From: an uncultured Erysipelotrichaceae bacterium
GTDB taxonomy: Bacteria; Bacillota_I; Bacilli_A; RFN20; DUOF01
Length of the DNA stretch: 64,000 bases
Assembly (NCBI GenBank): GCA_964442785.1
Contig: CAYTZW010000001.1
Span: 14,320-78,319, forward strand
Reading direction: 5' to 3'
Shown: positions 53,965 to 63,720 of the stretch, piece after piece
Position numbering within the stretch: position 1 is the stretch's first letter
Layout of the letters: each line of letters opens with the position of its first letter
Translations under genes and position numbers: made by a program
Notes under the pieces: model-generated
Seen by the model: the letters and a program-made list of their open reading frames with translations, nothing else
The model's database searches: none
Told to the model about the DNA's origin: nothing

Positions 53965-54844
53965 TAGTGAAAAATTAGTAAAATTAGGAAAAGGCTTGTC
54001 TGCTATTTTAGATGATAATAGTTTAGGCAACCAAGTGGAAAGATTACAAACTCAAACTCCTGAAACAGATAGATATATGTTAAATATCATTGACATAGAA
54101 TCTAATCCTTATCAACCTAGAAAAGTTTTTGATGAAGTCAAACTTGAAGAACTTGCTAGTTCTATCAAACAACACGGAGTTTTTACTCCAATTCTCGTTC
54201 GTGTTAACCCTAATGATAGTAGTAAATATCAATTAATTGCTGGAGAAAGAAGATTAAGAGCTTCTAAATTAGCAGGTTTATCTTCAATTCCTGCAGTAAT
54301 TGCAAAGTTTAACGACAAAGAAATGATGGAGATTGCTCTTGTTGAAAATATTCAAAGAGAAGATTTAACTCCTATTGAAGAAGCAAAAGCTTATCAAACG
54401 ATGATTGAGTATATGAAACTTACTCAAGAGGAGGTTGGAAAGAAAGTAGGGAAATCCCGTTCCTATATTGCTAATACAATGAGACTATTAACTTTACCCG
54501 ATATTATTCAAGAATATGTAATGAACGGAGTTCTAACAATGGGGCACGTAAAACCTCTTGTAGGACTTGGTTATAAAGAAACTATGGAAATTGCTCACGC
54601 AGCAATTGAAAAAGGTCTTTCAGTTAGAGATGTAGAAAGTATGGTTAGATTGTATGAAAAGAAAAATACAATCCGTGCTGTAAAATCTAAAAAAGCTAAG
54701 AATCCTGTTTATGAAAAAGCAACAGCGTTACTTAAAGAACAAACAGGTACAAGAGTAAAAATCAAAACTGGTGAAATTAAAATATATTTTGCCAATGATG
54801 AAGATTTACAAAGAATTCTTAAAGCTTTAGAAGTTTCTAAATAG
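53951..54844 (+). CDS. spo0J: chromosome partitioning protein ParB/Spo0J
   Basis: ParB box GERRLRA and HTH. The start was set at GTG 53951 (MVKNNSEKLVKLGKGLSAILDD), which follows GGGAGG and overlaps the end of soj. Confidence 0.9.
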   Translation: MVKNNSEKLVKLGKGLSAILDDNSLGNQVERLQTQTPETDRYMLNIIDIESNPYQPRKVFDEVKLEELASSIKQHGVFTPILVRVNPNDSSKYQLIAGERRLRASKLAGLSSIPAVIAKFNDKEMMEIALVENIQREDLTPIEEAKAYQTMIEYMKLTQEEVGKKVGKSRSYIANTMRLLTLPDIIQEYVMNGVLTMGHVKPLVGLGYKETMEIAHAAIEKGLSVRDVESMVRLYEKKNTIRAVKSKKAKNPVYEKATALLKEQTGTRVKIKTGEIKIYFANDEDLQRILKALEVSK

Positions 54845-54858
54845 ATGGGGTGAAACTA

Positions 54859-55371
54859 ATGAAGTCTTGGTTAAAGAGTTTATTTATCAGTTTAATAGCT
54901 GTTTTATGGATAGCTATTCTAGTAGTTGTCTTAACAAGTACTAAATCTACTGCGGGAGAAGTAGGTTTAATTATAATGTTAGTTCTAATTACGGGATTAA
55001 CAATAACATTTGTTATTTTATTGCTTTATAAAACAAAGAAAATAAATAAAGTATTAAATGCTTATGCTAATAGAGATAAAAAAACATTCTTGTTTGAAAT
55101 GAATTATAAAACAGGAATGGTAAATGTATTTGATAATAATCTAAATATGGAAAAAAGTATGAAACTAAAAAACTTTGCTAAAAAATATTTAGGAATTGTT
55201 GAAAATAGTAAAGAATATATCGCTCTTATCATAGGTAAATTAGATTTAGACTACTACAACAAACAATATATTAAGGTTACCGAAAACGGAATAGAAAAAT
55301 ATTATAAATTCAAATGTTTATTAACAGAGAAGGGAAAACTATACGGAAGTATAGAACAAGTTGAAGAATAG
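54859..55371 (+). CDS. hypothetical membrane protein
   Basis: Two TM helices and a soluble C-terminal domain; unknown family. Confidence 0.4.
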   Translation: MKSWLKSLFISLIAVLWIAILVVVLTSTKSTAGEVGLIIMLVLITGLTITFVILLLYKTKKINKVLNAYANRDKKTFLFEMNYKTGMVNVFDNNLNMEKSMKLKNFAKKYLGIVENSKEYIALIIGKLDLDYYNKQYIKVTENGIEKYYKFKCLLTEKGKLYGSIEQVEE

Positions 55372-55395
55372 ATAGCGTAATTGCTATCTTTTTTT
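55371..55395 (+). terminator. hairpin terminator copy 1 (GATAGC-N6-GCTATC plus T7)
   Basis: Perfect 6-bp stem plus a U-run, immediately after the stop codon. Confidence 0.6.
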
Positions 55396-55526
55396 AATTT
55401 TATGAAAATCCTATTTTAAAAAAATGCATATATATGCAAAAAAATAAAATGGAATTGATAAAATATTGATATTTATTTTAAATTTAAGATTATTTATTGA
55501 CGTATTTTTAAAACATTCCATATTAG

Positions 55527-55551
55527 ATAGCATAACTGCTATCTTTTTTTA
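55527..55551 (+). terminator. hairpin terminator copy 2 (GATAGC-N6-GCTATC plus T7), a near-duplicate of copy 1
   Basis: The same stem and U-run recur 156 bp downstream, directly upstream of the dacB RBS. Confidence 0.55.
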
Positions 55552-55573
55552 ATATGATTTTATAGGTGAAACT

Positions 55574-56536
55574 ATGAAAATACTAATCATTTTAACAACC
55601 ATTTTTTCTTTAATAAAAACAAAAAAAGATAATGAAGTTTCTTATTTATATAATTCATATATTGTCTATGATTCTAATACTAATAAAGTTTTAGAAGGAT
55701 TTTCTTATCAAAATAATAGAAGTGTTGCCTCTATTTCTAAAATTATGACTGCTGTTTTAGCGATTGAAAGTGGAATGTTAGAAAATTTTATCGCTGCACC
55801 TGAAGAAATAAAAAAAGGTGTTGGAAGTAGTGTCTATTTAGAAGTTGGAGAAGTTAATTCAGTTGAAGAATTAGTGTATGGATTAATGCTAAGAAGTGGT
55901 AATGATTGTGCTATTACTATTGCTTATGCAGTTTCAGGAAATATTGCTTCTTTTGTTTCTTTGATGAATAAAAAAGCTCAGGAAATAGGAATGAAAAACA
56001 CTATTTTTAATAATCCAAGCGGTTTAGATATTGATGATGAAGGAAACATATCTTCTTGTTTAGATATGGCTATATTAACTGCTTATGCAATGAAATTAGA
56101 AACATTTCGTAATATCACAAGTACAAAAGTTTATAGGAGTACAAATCACGGAATATGGATAAACAAAAATAAACTATTAAATCAATATGAGTACATTATT
56201 GGTGGAAAAACCGGTTATACCAAGAAAGCCAAAAGAACTTTAGTATCAGTTGCTAAAAAAGAAGATACCGAACTTATTGTGGTAACTTTAGATTGTGGAA
56301 ATGATTTTTCTTTTCATAAAAGTTTATATCAAAAATGGTTTGAAAAATATCAAACATATTTATTAATTACTAAAGGAGAACATCTAATAGCCGATTATAA
56401 AATAAAATGTTCTAATGATATTTATGCGTCATTTGAAAAAGAAGATGTGCTTATTATTTTTCATATAGTAGAAAAAGAAATGTTAATTCATAGTAATAGA
56501 AGTTCCATAATTTTAGGGAGATGTGAAGTAATATAA
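55574..56536 (+). CDS. dacB: D-alanyl-D-alanine carboxypeptidase (S11; DacB-like)
   Basis: SISK (SxxK), SGN (RSGNDCA) and KTG (GGKTGYT) motifs, followed by spmA-spmB as in B. subtilis. Confidence 0.85.
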   Translation: MKILIILTTIFSLIKTKKDNEVSYLYNSYIVYDSNTNKVLEGFSYQNNRSVASISKIMTAVLAIESGMLENFIAAPEEIKKGVGSSVYLEVGEVNSVEELVYGLMLRSGNDCAITIAYAVSGNIASFVSLMNKKAQEIGMKNTIFNNPSGLDIDDEGNISSCLDMAILTAYAMKLETFRNITSTKVYRSTNHGIWINKNKLLNQYEYIIGGKTGYTKKAKRTLVSVAKKEDTELIVVTLDCGNDFSFHKSLYQKWFEKYQTYLLITKGEHLIADYKIKCSNDIYASFEKEDVLIIFHIVEKEMLIHSNRSSIILGRCEVI

Positions 56537-57111
56537 TGGGGAAAACGTGGTCATTTTTTATTTTAATATTTAGTTTGTATGGTATTTTAACGGGACGTGG
56601 ACAAGATTTATCCACTTCTATTTTACAACTTCCACAGGAAACCTTTGATTTATGTTTGGTAATTGTAACAACTTCGTGTTTTTATTGTGGCATTATGAAA
56701 ATATTGCAAGAATGTAATGTGATAGCGTGGCTGGCAAAAAAATTACAATTTCTTTTTAAAATTATTACTCCTAATTTAAAAGATAAAGAAGCTTTAGAAT
56801 GTATTTCTACCAATATTGCTGCTAATATGTTAGGACTTGGTTTTGCAGCAACTCCAAGTGGTCTTAAAGGAATGAAAAGACTACAAGAATTAAATGAAAA
56901 TAAAGAAGAAGCTAGTGATGAAATGATAACTTTTTTAGTATTAAATACCGCAGGAGTAACACTGTTTCCTACAACAATGATAGCGATAAGACAGGCTTTA
57001 GGTTCTACCAATCCTCTTGATTTCCTTTTAATAAGTATGATTTCTTCTATTTGTTCGACAATATTAGGTTTAGTAATTGAAAGATTGATGAGGAAAAAAA
57101 GACATGTTTAA
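56536..57111 (+). CDS. spmA: spore maturation protein A
   Basis: Nucleoside-transporter-like Gate-domain membrane protein, collinear with B. subtilis SpmA. Confidence 0.75.
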   Translation: MGKTWSFFILIFSLYGILTGRGQDLSTSILQLPQETFDLCLVIVTTSCFYCGIMKILQECNVIAWLAKKLQFLFKIITPNLKDKEALECISTNIAANMLGLGFAATPSGLKGMKRLQELNENKEEASDEMITFLVLNTAGVTLFPTTMIAIRQALGSTNPLDFLLISMISSICSTILGLVIERLMRKKRHV

Positions 57112-57631
57112 TTACCTTATGAATTTAGTTGTTCCAGGGTTAGTAATCTTATCAGTAAGTGCTTGTTTAGTTTCTAAAAAAAATGGATTTGAATTATTTA
57201 CAAAAGGAAGTAAAGAAGGAATAGGATTATTTGTCGAAATATTTCCTACAATGATAGCAATGTTAACAGCAGTTACCACTTTAAGAGCATCTGGTTTAAT
57301 TGAAGATTTTGCCTTACTTTTGTCAAAATCATTTTCCTTTAAAAAAGAATGGTTAGAGATAATACCTTTAACTATATTTAGACCTATATCGGGTACGGCT
57401 TCTACGGGAATTGTTTGTGATATATGTAAAATTAATGGTGCTGATTCCAACGTTTGTAGAATGGCATCTTCTTTAATTGGTTGTACAGATACGACCATTT
57501 ATGTTTTAAGTCTTTATTTTGGTAGCATAGGAATAACTAAATGGCGACACGCTTTAAAAGCAGGGCTTGTTGCTGATGTTATTGGTATGAGTTTTGCAAT
57601 AATACTTTCATTATTAATATTTGGGTTATAA
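57104..57631 (+). CDS. spmB: spore maturation protein B
   Basis: Paralogous Gate-domain membrane protein after spmA. Confidence 0.75.
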   Translation: MFNYLMNLVVPGLVILSVSACLVSKKNGFELFTKGSKEGIGLFVEIFPTMIAMLTAVTTLRASGLIEDFALLLSKSFSFKKEWLEIIPLTIFRPISGTASTGIVCDICKINGADSNVCRMASSLIGCTDTTIYVLSLYFGSIGITKWRHALKAGLVADVIGMSFAIILSLLIFGL

Positions 57632-57677
57632 AAAAAAGTATCTTTTAAACGTTAAATCTAAAAGATACTCTTTTTTT
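57631..57677. terminator. bidirectional terminator between spmB and the convergent ferredoxin gene
   Basis: AGTATCTTTTAA...CTAAAAGATACT stem flanked by an A7 run and a T7 run. Confidence 0.6.
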
Positions 57678-57912
57678 ATTCTTCTACTATAATTGCTTGT
57701 CCTGGACAAGAATCTGCGGATTCTTTAACTGCAGAAACTACTGATGAATCTAATTCAGTATTATCTCCTAATTTATTACAAGATAATCCATCGTCATCAA
57801 ATTCAAATACTTCAGGACAGATAGATGTACACATTCCACAACCTATACAATTTTCTTTGATAACCTTTGTTTTAGCCATTATAATTCCTCCTAATGAAAT
57901 AATTATAACCAC
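57676..57912 (-). CDS. fdx: 4Fe-4S ferredoxin
   Basis: CIGCGMCTSICP ... C(N)..CP cluster motifs in a 78-aa protein. Confidence 0.85.
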   Translation of the reverse strand: MVIIISLGGIIMAKTKVIKENCIGCGMCTSICPEVFEFDDDGLSCNKLGDNTELDSSVVSAVKESADSCPGQAIIVEE

Positions 57913-57982
57913 AAATAAAGAAAAATAAAAAGGAAAAATAGTGAATCTTCTAATTATTTTATGTTATACTTAACCTTGGAGA

Positions 57983-58594
57983 GTGATTAAAGTGGCTTCA
58001 ACAAGAAAAGATAAGTACCAAAATTTAAGAGATACGATTGAAGAAGAAAACAATAATTTAGAAGAAAAAAAAGAAAAACCAGTTTCACCTGAAACAAAAA
58101 AGAAGAAAATTAATTTAGAAGATTTAGACTTAGATTTTTTAGATGAAAAAAACAATGAATTAAAACCTTCAGAAAAGTTAAAAAGAGAACAAGAACAAAT
58201 TTATTCTACTATGGAAATGAAAAAGGTAGAAACAAATGAAAATAAAGCCGCTAAGGTTTTAAATGAAGTTACGGAAAAAAGACCTTCTAAAGAATTAAAA
58301 GGAACTATCGTATTTAAAAGAGTGGATAATGTTTCATCAGAGGAAAAAGAAAAAAATCAAAAACGATTTGTCAAAGAATCAAAAAAAATTGATGAAGAAG
58401 CAACTAGACAAATTTCGGTTAAGGAAGTTTTAGATAGAAGTGTAAAATTAGATAAAACCACTAAATTTGATCGTATGAAAAATATTAAGAAAGAAGAAAA
58501 ATATCAAGAGAATAATCCTGCAATATTAGTATTAAGCATAATCCTTGTCTTAGCAGTAGTTGCTATTATTCTTATTCTTATTGCAACTTTATAA
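57983..58594 (+). CDS. Lys/Glu-rich tail-anchored membrane protein of unknown function
   Basis: About 180 aa of charged low-complexity sequence, then a single C-terminal TM (PAILVLSIILVLAVVAIILILIATL). The start could be GTG 57992. Confidence 0.4.
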   Translation: MIKVASTRKDKYQNLRDTIEEENNNLEEKKEKPVSPETKKKKINLEDLDLDFLDEKNNELKPSEKLKREQEQIYSTMEMKKVETNENKAAKVLNEVTEKRPSKELKGTIVFKRVDNVSSEEKEKNQKRFVKESKKIDEEATRQISVKEVLDRSVKLDKTTKFDRMKNIKKEEKYQENNPAILVLSIILVLAVVAIILILIATL

Positions 58595-58595
58595 A

Positions 58596-59225
58596 ATGAG
58601 AAATATTTTAATCGCTATTGACGGATATGTTGCTAGTGGCAAGGGAACTATAGCCAAAAGATTAGCAAAAAAATACAATTTATTTCATATTGATACAGGT
58701 GCATTTTATCGTGCTATTGCTTTAGAAACAATTAATCACCCTAATTATAATATTGAAAAAATATTAGATAATATTGATTTAAAATGGCAAGACGGAAATA
58801 TTTATCTAAATGGAAAAGATGTAACTTTAAAAATTAGAGAACAAGAAGTTACAGACCAAATAGATAGAATATGTAATGTACCTATTGTTAGAGAATATGT
58901 AACTTTTTTAACTAGAAATATATCAAAAGGAAATTCAGTAGTTGTTGACGGTAGAGATATTGGCAATAATATTTTACCTCAAGCAGATATTAAGTTTTTA
59001 ATAATTGCGGATAAAAACATTAGAATTGAAAGAAGAATAAAACAAAACCAAAGTAAAGGAATTAAAACATCGTATAAAATTGTTAAAGATGATGTTGAAT
59101 TTAGAGATAAGAGAGATATTTTAAATATGGGAAATGTTCCTGAAAGAATTATCATTGATAACACTAATTTAACATTAGATGAAACAATCGAAATGATGTC
59201 TAAATATATAGACCAAATAATATAA
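58596..59225 (+). CDS. cmk: cytidylate kinase
   Basis: IAIDGYVASGKGT P-loop. Confidence 0.9.
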   Translation: MRNILIAIDGYVASGKGTIAKRLAKKYNLFHIDTGAFYRAIALETINHPNYNIEKILDNIDLKWQDGNIYLNGKDVTLKIREQEVTDQIDRICNVPIVREYVTFLTRNISKGNSVVVDGRDIGNNILPQADIKFLIIADKNIRIERRIKQNQSKGIKTSYKIVKDDVEFRDKRDILNMGNVPERIIIDNTNLTLDETIEMMSKYIDQII

Positions 59226-59242
59226 AAGAAAGTAGTGATAAT

Positions 59243-60550
59243 ATGTCAAGAGGAGTAGTAGCTATTATAGGAAGACCAAATGTTGGGAAATCAACAATTT
59301 TTAATCGTATCATCGGAGAAAGACTTGCTATAGTTTACGATACCCCTGGAGTAACTAGAGACCGCTTGTACGCTAAAGCAACGTGGTTAACAAGAGAGTT
59401 TAACATTATTGATACTGGGGGAATAGAATTAGAAGACCAACCTTTTCAAGAACAAATTAGAATGCAAGCCGAAATAGCTGTTGAAGAAGCAGATGTCATT
59501 GTTTATCTTACAGACGGTCAAATTGGAGTAACCGATGATGATAAATTTATTGTTAAACTTTTAAGAAAAACAAACAAACCTATTATTTTAGCAGTCAATA
59601 AAATAGATGACACTCATTTAATAAATAACACCTATGAGTTTTACTCATTAGGACTAGGAGAACCAATCGCTGTATCCGGTGTTCACGGAGTAGGAATTGG
59701 AGATTTATTAGATAAAATTATTGAGAATTTACCAAAAGAAGAAAGTGAAGAAGAAGACGATACTATTCGTTTTTCTCTAATAGGAAGACCAAATGTTGGA
59801 AAATCTAGTTTAGTTAATGCTATTCTAAAACAAGAAAGAGTTATCGTTTCTAATATTGAAGGAACAACAAGAGATGCTATAGATACTCCTTTTGAAAGAA
59901 ATGAGAAAAAATATATTGCTATTGATACCGCAGGACTTAAAAAACGAGGAAAAATATATGAATCTATTGATAAATACGCTGCTTTAAGAGCTTTAAGTGC
60001 AATCGATAAAAGTGATGTTTGTTTGCTTCTTATAGATGCTGAAAAAGGTATTCAAGAACAAGATAAACACGTAGTAGGCTATGCCATTGAAGCAGGTAAA
60101 GCTATTGTTATCGTTGTTAATAAATGGGACACGGTTACCAAAACAGAAAAATCAATGAAAGAATACGAAGAAAAAGTGAAAGAAGAATTTAAGTTCTTAG
60201 ATTATGCTTCAATAGTTTTTGTATCAGCTTTAAAAGGTCAAAGAATTAATACCCTTTTAGATGCTATAGATGAAGCTTACGAAAGTTTCACTAAGAGAAT
60301 ACCAACAAGTATACTAAATGAAGTATTACTCGATGCAATTATGGTTAATCCACCTAATTCTTTCAATGGAGGTTTCTTCAAGGTTTCTTATGCTAATCAG
60401 GTATCTATAAAACCACCTTTGTTTGTGATGTTTGTTAATAATCCTAAATACTTACATTTTACCTATGAAAGATTTATGGAAAACAAACTAAGACAATCAT
60501 TTGATTTTAAAGGTTCTCCTATTAAATTCAAATACAAAATAAAAAATTAA
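59243..60550 (+). CDS. der: ribosome biogenesis GTPase Der (EngA)
   Basis: Tandem G domains (GRPNVGKST twice) plus a KH-like C-terminus. Confidence 0.95.
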   Translation: MSRGVVAIIGRPNVGKSTIFNRIIGERLAIVYDTPGVTRDRLYAKATWLTREFNIIDTGGIELEDQPFQEQIRMQAEIAVEEADVIVYLTDGQIGVTDDDKFIVKLLRKTNKPIILAVNKIDDTHLINNTYEFYSLGLGEPIAVSGVHGVGIGDLLDKIIENLPKEESEEEDDTIRFSLIGRPNVGKSSLVNAILKQERVIVSNIEGTTRDAIDTPFERNEKKYIAIDTAGLKKRGKIYESIDKYAALRALSAIDKSDVCLLLIDAEKGIQEQDKHVVGYAIEAGKAIVIVVNKWDTVTKTEKSMKEYEEKVKEEFKFLDYASIVFVSALKGQRINTLLDAIDEAYESFTKRIPTSILNEVLLDAIMVNPPNSFNGGFFKVSYANQVSIKPPLFVMFVNNPKYLHFTYERFMENKLRQSFDFKGSPIKFKYKIKN

Positions 60551-60595
60551 ACTTTATAAAATCTTCTGCATATATTGATGTAGGAGGTTTTTATT

Positions 60596-60832
60596 TTGAA
60601 TAATCGTTTTTTTGATAAAGTAGAGAAAAAAACAAATGTAAAAAAAGAAGATATTATTGCTTTAGCTAAAACACTACAAAATAAAGATTTAAGTGATGAA
60701 AATGAATTAAGAAACCTTATTAATAGTGTTTCAAAATTAGCTAATACCCCTGTTAGTGCAGAAAAAGAACAAAAAATAATAGATGCTATAAAAAAAGATA
60801 AAGTACCTAAAAATCTTGATAAAATGTTGTAA
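60596..60832 (+). CDS. spoVIF: stage VI sporulation protein F-like
   Basis: Collinear with B. subtilis SpoVIF/YjcC (FFDKVEKKTNVKKEDIIALAKTLQNKDLSDENELRNLINSVSKLAN...KML). Confidence 0.6.
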   Translation: MNNRFFDKVEKKTNVKKEDIIALAKTLQNKDLSDENELRNLINSVSKLANTPVSAEKEQKIIDAIKKDKVPKNLDKML

Positions 60833-60878
60833 ATTGGGCAATATAGTAGTAATATTATGACTAATGGAGGCGGATTTT

Positions 60879-61520
60879 ATGTTTAATAGAAAAGCATTGA
60901 AAAAAGAAGCAAAAGATATAGCGTTTAAACGAGTTTGGGATATTTTATGGCCACAACTATTGATAACGGTAATAAATTATGTCCTAGCATTAACAGGAAT
61001 AGGAACAATTTGTAGTTTATTTATTCTTCCTTTGTTACAAGTAGCGTATATTGTTTATGTAAGAGGAATTGTAAAAGGAGAAACCAAAAATCTTTGGAGT
61101 TTAATAAAAGAAAACTTCCCATTTACACTTACCTTATTTTTAGTTAATCTATTAACTTCATTATTTATCGTTTTAGGAGCTGTATTGCTTATTGTTCCAG
61201 GAATTATCGTTGCTTTAGGATTATCTTATGTTTATTTTGTTCTTTCAGATGAACCAAAATTAAAAACAATGGACGCTATTGAAAAAGCGTGGAATTTAAT
61301 GAAAGGACACAAAACAGAATATTTAGTTCTAAACCTAAGTTTTATTCTATGGTATTTATTATCAGTTGTAACTTTAGGAATAGCACTTATTTGGGTACTT
61401 CCTTATGTTACAGTTACTCAAGAATTATACTATCAATATTTAAAAACTGGTAAACAATATATAACTGCGGAAGTTTCTGAAGTAGAAGAAACAAAAGAAG
61501 ATAACGAAACAAAAGAATAA
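60879..61520 (+). CDS. DUF975-family integral membrane protein
   Basis: MFNRKALKKEAKD... N-terminus and the TM pattern typical of DUF975. Confidence 0.55.
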   Translation: MFNRKALKKEAKDIAFKRVWDILWPQLLITVINYVLALTGIGTICSLFILPLLQVAYIVYVRGIVKGETKNLWSLIKENFPFTLTLFLVNLLTSLFIVLGAVLLIVPGIIVALGLSYVYFVLSDEPKLKTMDAIEKAWNLMKGHKTEYLVLNLSFILWYLLSVVTLGIALIWVLPYVTVTQELYYQYLKTGKQYITAEVSEVEETKEDNETKE

Positions 61521-61598
61521 CGATAAAAAGTTATTCTTTTTTGTTCTAAATAAACTCTCTAGTACATATTTTTTAATGATACTAAGGGGGACTTTTTA

Positions 61599-63077
61599 GT
61601 GGAAACTAAAGAAATGTTAAAAAATATAGGTGGTAGAACTAATGGAGATATCTACTTTGGAGTAGTCGGTCCAGTTAGAACAGGGAAATCAACATTTATC
61701 AAAAAATTTATGGAAGTAGCAATATTACCAAATATTGATAATGAACAAGATAAAAAAAGAGCCATAGATGAATTGCCACAATCAGGAAGTGGAAAAACGA
61801 TTATGACAACGGAACCTAAATTTGTACCTAACAATGCTGTTAATGTTAAAGTTAGTGAAGATTTTGTTGTTAATATTCGAATGGTAGATTGTGTTGGATA
61901 TGTTTTTGACCAAGCAAAAGGTTTTAAAGATGAAGAAGGTATTAGAATGATAAAAACTCCTTGGTTTGAGGAAGCAATACCTTTTAATGAAGCTGCAAAA
62001 ATAGGAACAAGTAAAGTTATAAATGACCATTCAACAATAGGAATAGTAGTAACAACAGATGGAACAGTAACTGAAATAGATAGAAATGATTACTTAAATG
62101 CTGAAGAAGAAGTCATCAACGAACTAACAAAAATTAACAAACCTTTTATTGTAATCATAAACTCAAAAATGCCCGAAGGACCAAAAGCAATAGAAACTAA
62201 AAAATATATCAAAGAAAAATACGATATAGACGCTATGATTTTAAATATCGAAGAATTAAATGAAAACGCAACAAATGAAATACTAAAAAAAGCATTATAT
62301 GAATTCCCAGTCAGTGAAATAAATCTAAACCTTATTGATTGGCTTAGCATATTAGATAATTCACATTGGTTGAAAAAAAACATCAACAAAAGTGTTCAAG
62401 AATCCTTGAACAATGTAACTAAACTAAAAGATGTAGATTTAATAGTAGAAAAAATGAAAACAACGGAAGAAATTAGAAACGCTGAAGTAATTGATTTAGA
62501 TGTTAGTAGTGGAAAAGTAGAAGTTAAAATAGATGTAGACGATACTTTATACGACCAAGTCTTAAAAGAAATACTAGGATATGAAATAAAAGATAGAGCA
62601 ACTTTATTATCTATCGTTCAAGATTATGCTAAAACAAAAAATGAATATGGCAATCTAACAGTGGCACTAGAAAACGCCAATACCACAGGATATGGATTTG
62701 CAATACCAAGTTTCAAAGATGTTTACATTGAAAAACCAACATTAACTAAACAAGCGGGAAGATATGGAATAAAACTAAAAGCCAAAGCAAGTGCCTTACA
62801 TTTAATAAAAGTAGATTTAGAAACAACATTTGAACCAATCATAGGAACTAAAGAGCAAAGTGAAGAATTGTTAAATCAAATATTAGCAAACTACCAAGAT
62901 AATCAATCAATGATTTTTGATATGCAAGTGTTTGGTAGAAAAGTTGAAGATGTAATAAAAGACGGTATAAATGGAAAAATTACAAACTTACCAGAAACTA
63001 CCAAACTAAAATTACAAAATATAATGAAAACTTTATCAAATAAATCAAAAGCAAACTTAATAGCATTCGTTTTTTAA
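61599..63077 (+). CDS. spoIVA: stage IV sporulation protein A (spore coat morphogenetic ATPase)
   Basis: GDIYFGVVGPVRTGKSTFIKKFME Walker A and full-length collinearity with SpoIVA. The start is GTG after AAGGGGG. Confidence 0.9.
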   Translation: METKEMLKNIGGRTNGDIYFGVVGPVRTGKSTFIKKFMEVAILPNIDNEQDKKRAIDELPQSGSGKTIMTTEPKFVPNNAVNVKVSEDFVVNIRMVDCVGYVFDQAKGFKDEEGIRMIKTPWFEEAIPFNEAAKIGTSKVINDHSTIGIVVTTDGTVTEIDRNDYLNAEEEVINELTKINKPFIVIINSKMPEGPKAIETKKYIKEKYDIDAMILNIEELNENATNEILKKALYEFPVSEINLNLIDWLSILDNSHWLKKNINKSVQESLNNVTKLKDVDLIVEKMKTTEEIRNAEVIDLDVSSGKVEVKIDVDDTLYDQVLKEILGYEIKDRATLLSIVQDYAKTKNEYGNLTVALENANTTGYGFAIPSFKDVYIEKPTLTKQAGRYGIKLKAKASALHLIKVDLETTFEPIIGTKEQSEELLNQILANYQDNQSMIFDMQVFGRKVEDVIKDGINGKITNLPETTKLKLQNIMKTLSNKSKANLIAFVF

Positions 63078-63263
63078 GGCTCGAAAGAGTCTTTTTTTGA
63101 CTGAAAAAAAGACTTCTCCACAATTTTTGAAAAAAGTTGTTTTTTCTTATCTTGATTAATCTAAAATATAATTGTGAAAGGTTAGTGTGACAATTATGAC
63201 ACAATATGCTTGAAAAAAGTTTATTTGAAGTGTTATAATGCATACATAATAGGAGGGATAATT

Positions 63264-63626
63264 ATGTTAACTAGATTACAAATGAAAGCAGGAATGATGC
63301 TTGCAGTAAGTGGACAAGGAAACAAAACCAGTGAAGATGATGCAGATAAATTAATTAACACTATTTATGAATTTTTCTTCTCAGGTTGGGTTAGAGTACT
63401 AATTTTAACAGGACTAGGATTATTCTTAGTTATTAAAGGAGTTATGATTGGTGTTGGTATTGTTCAAGCATCTGATGACCAACAACAAAGAAAAGAGAAA
63501 ATCAATGCTTTGAAGTATTTGATTATTGGTGTTGTTTTAGTAGTCGTATTATATATGGGTGCTGGTGCTATTATCAATATGATTGCAAATTCAGTTAAAG
63601 ACAGTGGTAATAGTGGTAATCAATAA
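63264..63626 (+). CDS. small two-TM membrane protein reminiscent of TrbC/VirB2-type pilin
   Basis: 121 aa with a hydrophilic N-region and two long hydrophobic helices separated by a QQQRKEK loop. RBS AGGAGGG. Family assignment is tentative. Confidence 0.3.
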   Translation: MLTRLQMKAGMMLAVSGQGNKTSEDDADKLINTIYEFFFSGWVRVLILTGLGLFLVIKGVMIGVGIVQASDDQQQRKEKINALKYLIIGVVLVVVLYMGAGAIINMIANSVKDSGNSGNQ

Positions 63627-63720
63627 AATTTTAAAATCAAATAGTGATTTAATGGGGAGAATAGAATATTGTTATTTGGTTCTCCCCTTTATTTCTTTAA
63701 GATGAAAGGAGGTTATATAA

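Noticed and set aside
54543-54560. GGGGCACGTAAAACC within parB was considered as an intragenic parS, as in B. subtilis spo0J.
   Set aside because: Only one half-site is recognisable (CACGTAAAAC) and the other half does not match, so it is too degenerate to call.
63087-63115. Hairpin GAGTCTTTTTTT-GACTG-AAAAAAAGACT downstream of spoIVA was considered as an intrinsic terminator feature.
   Set aside because: The stem is almost entirely A-U pairs and has no distinct downstream U-run on the plus strand. It is mentioned in the findings but not called as a feature.
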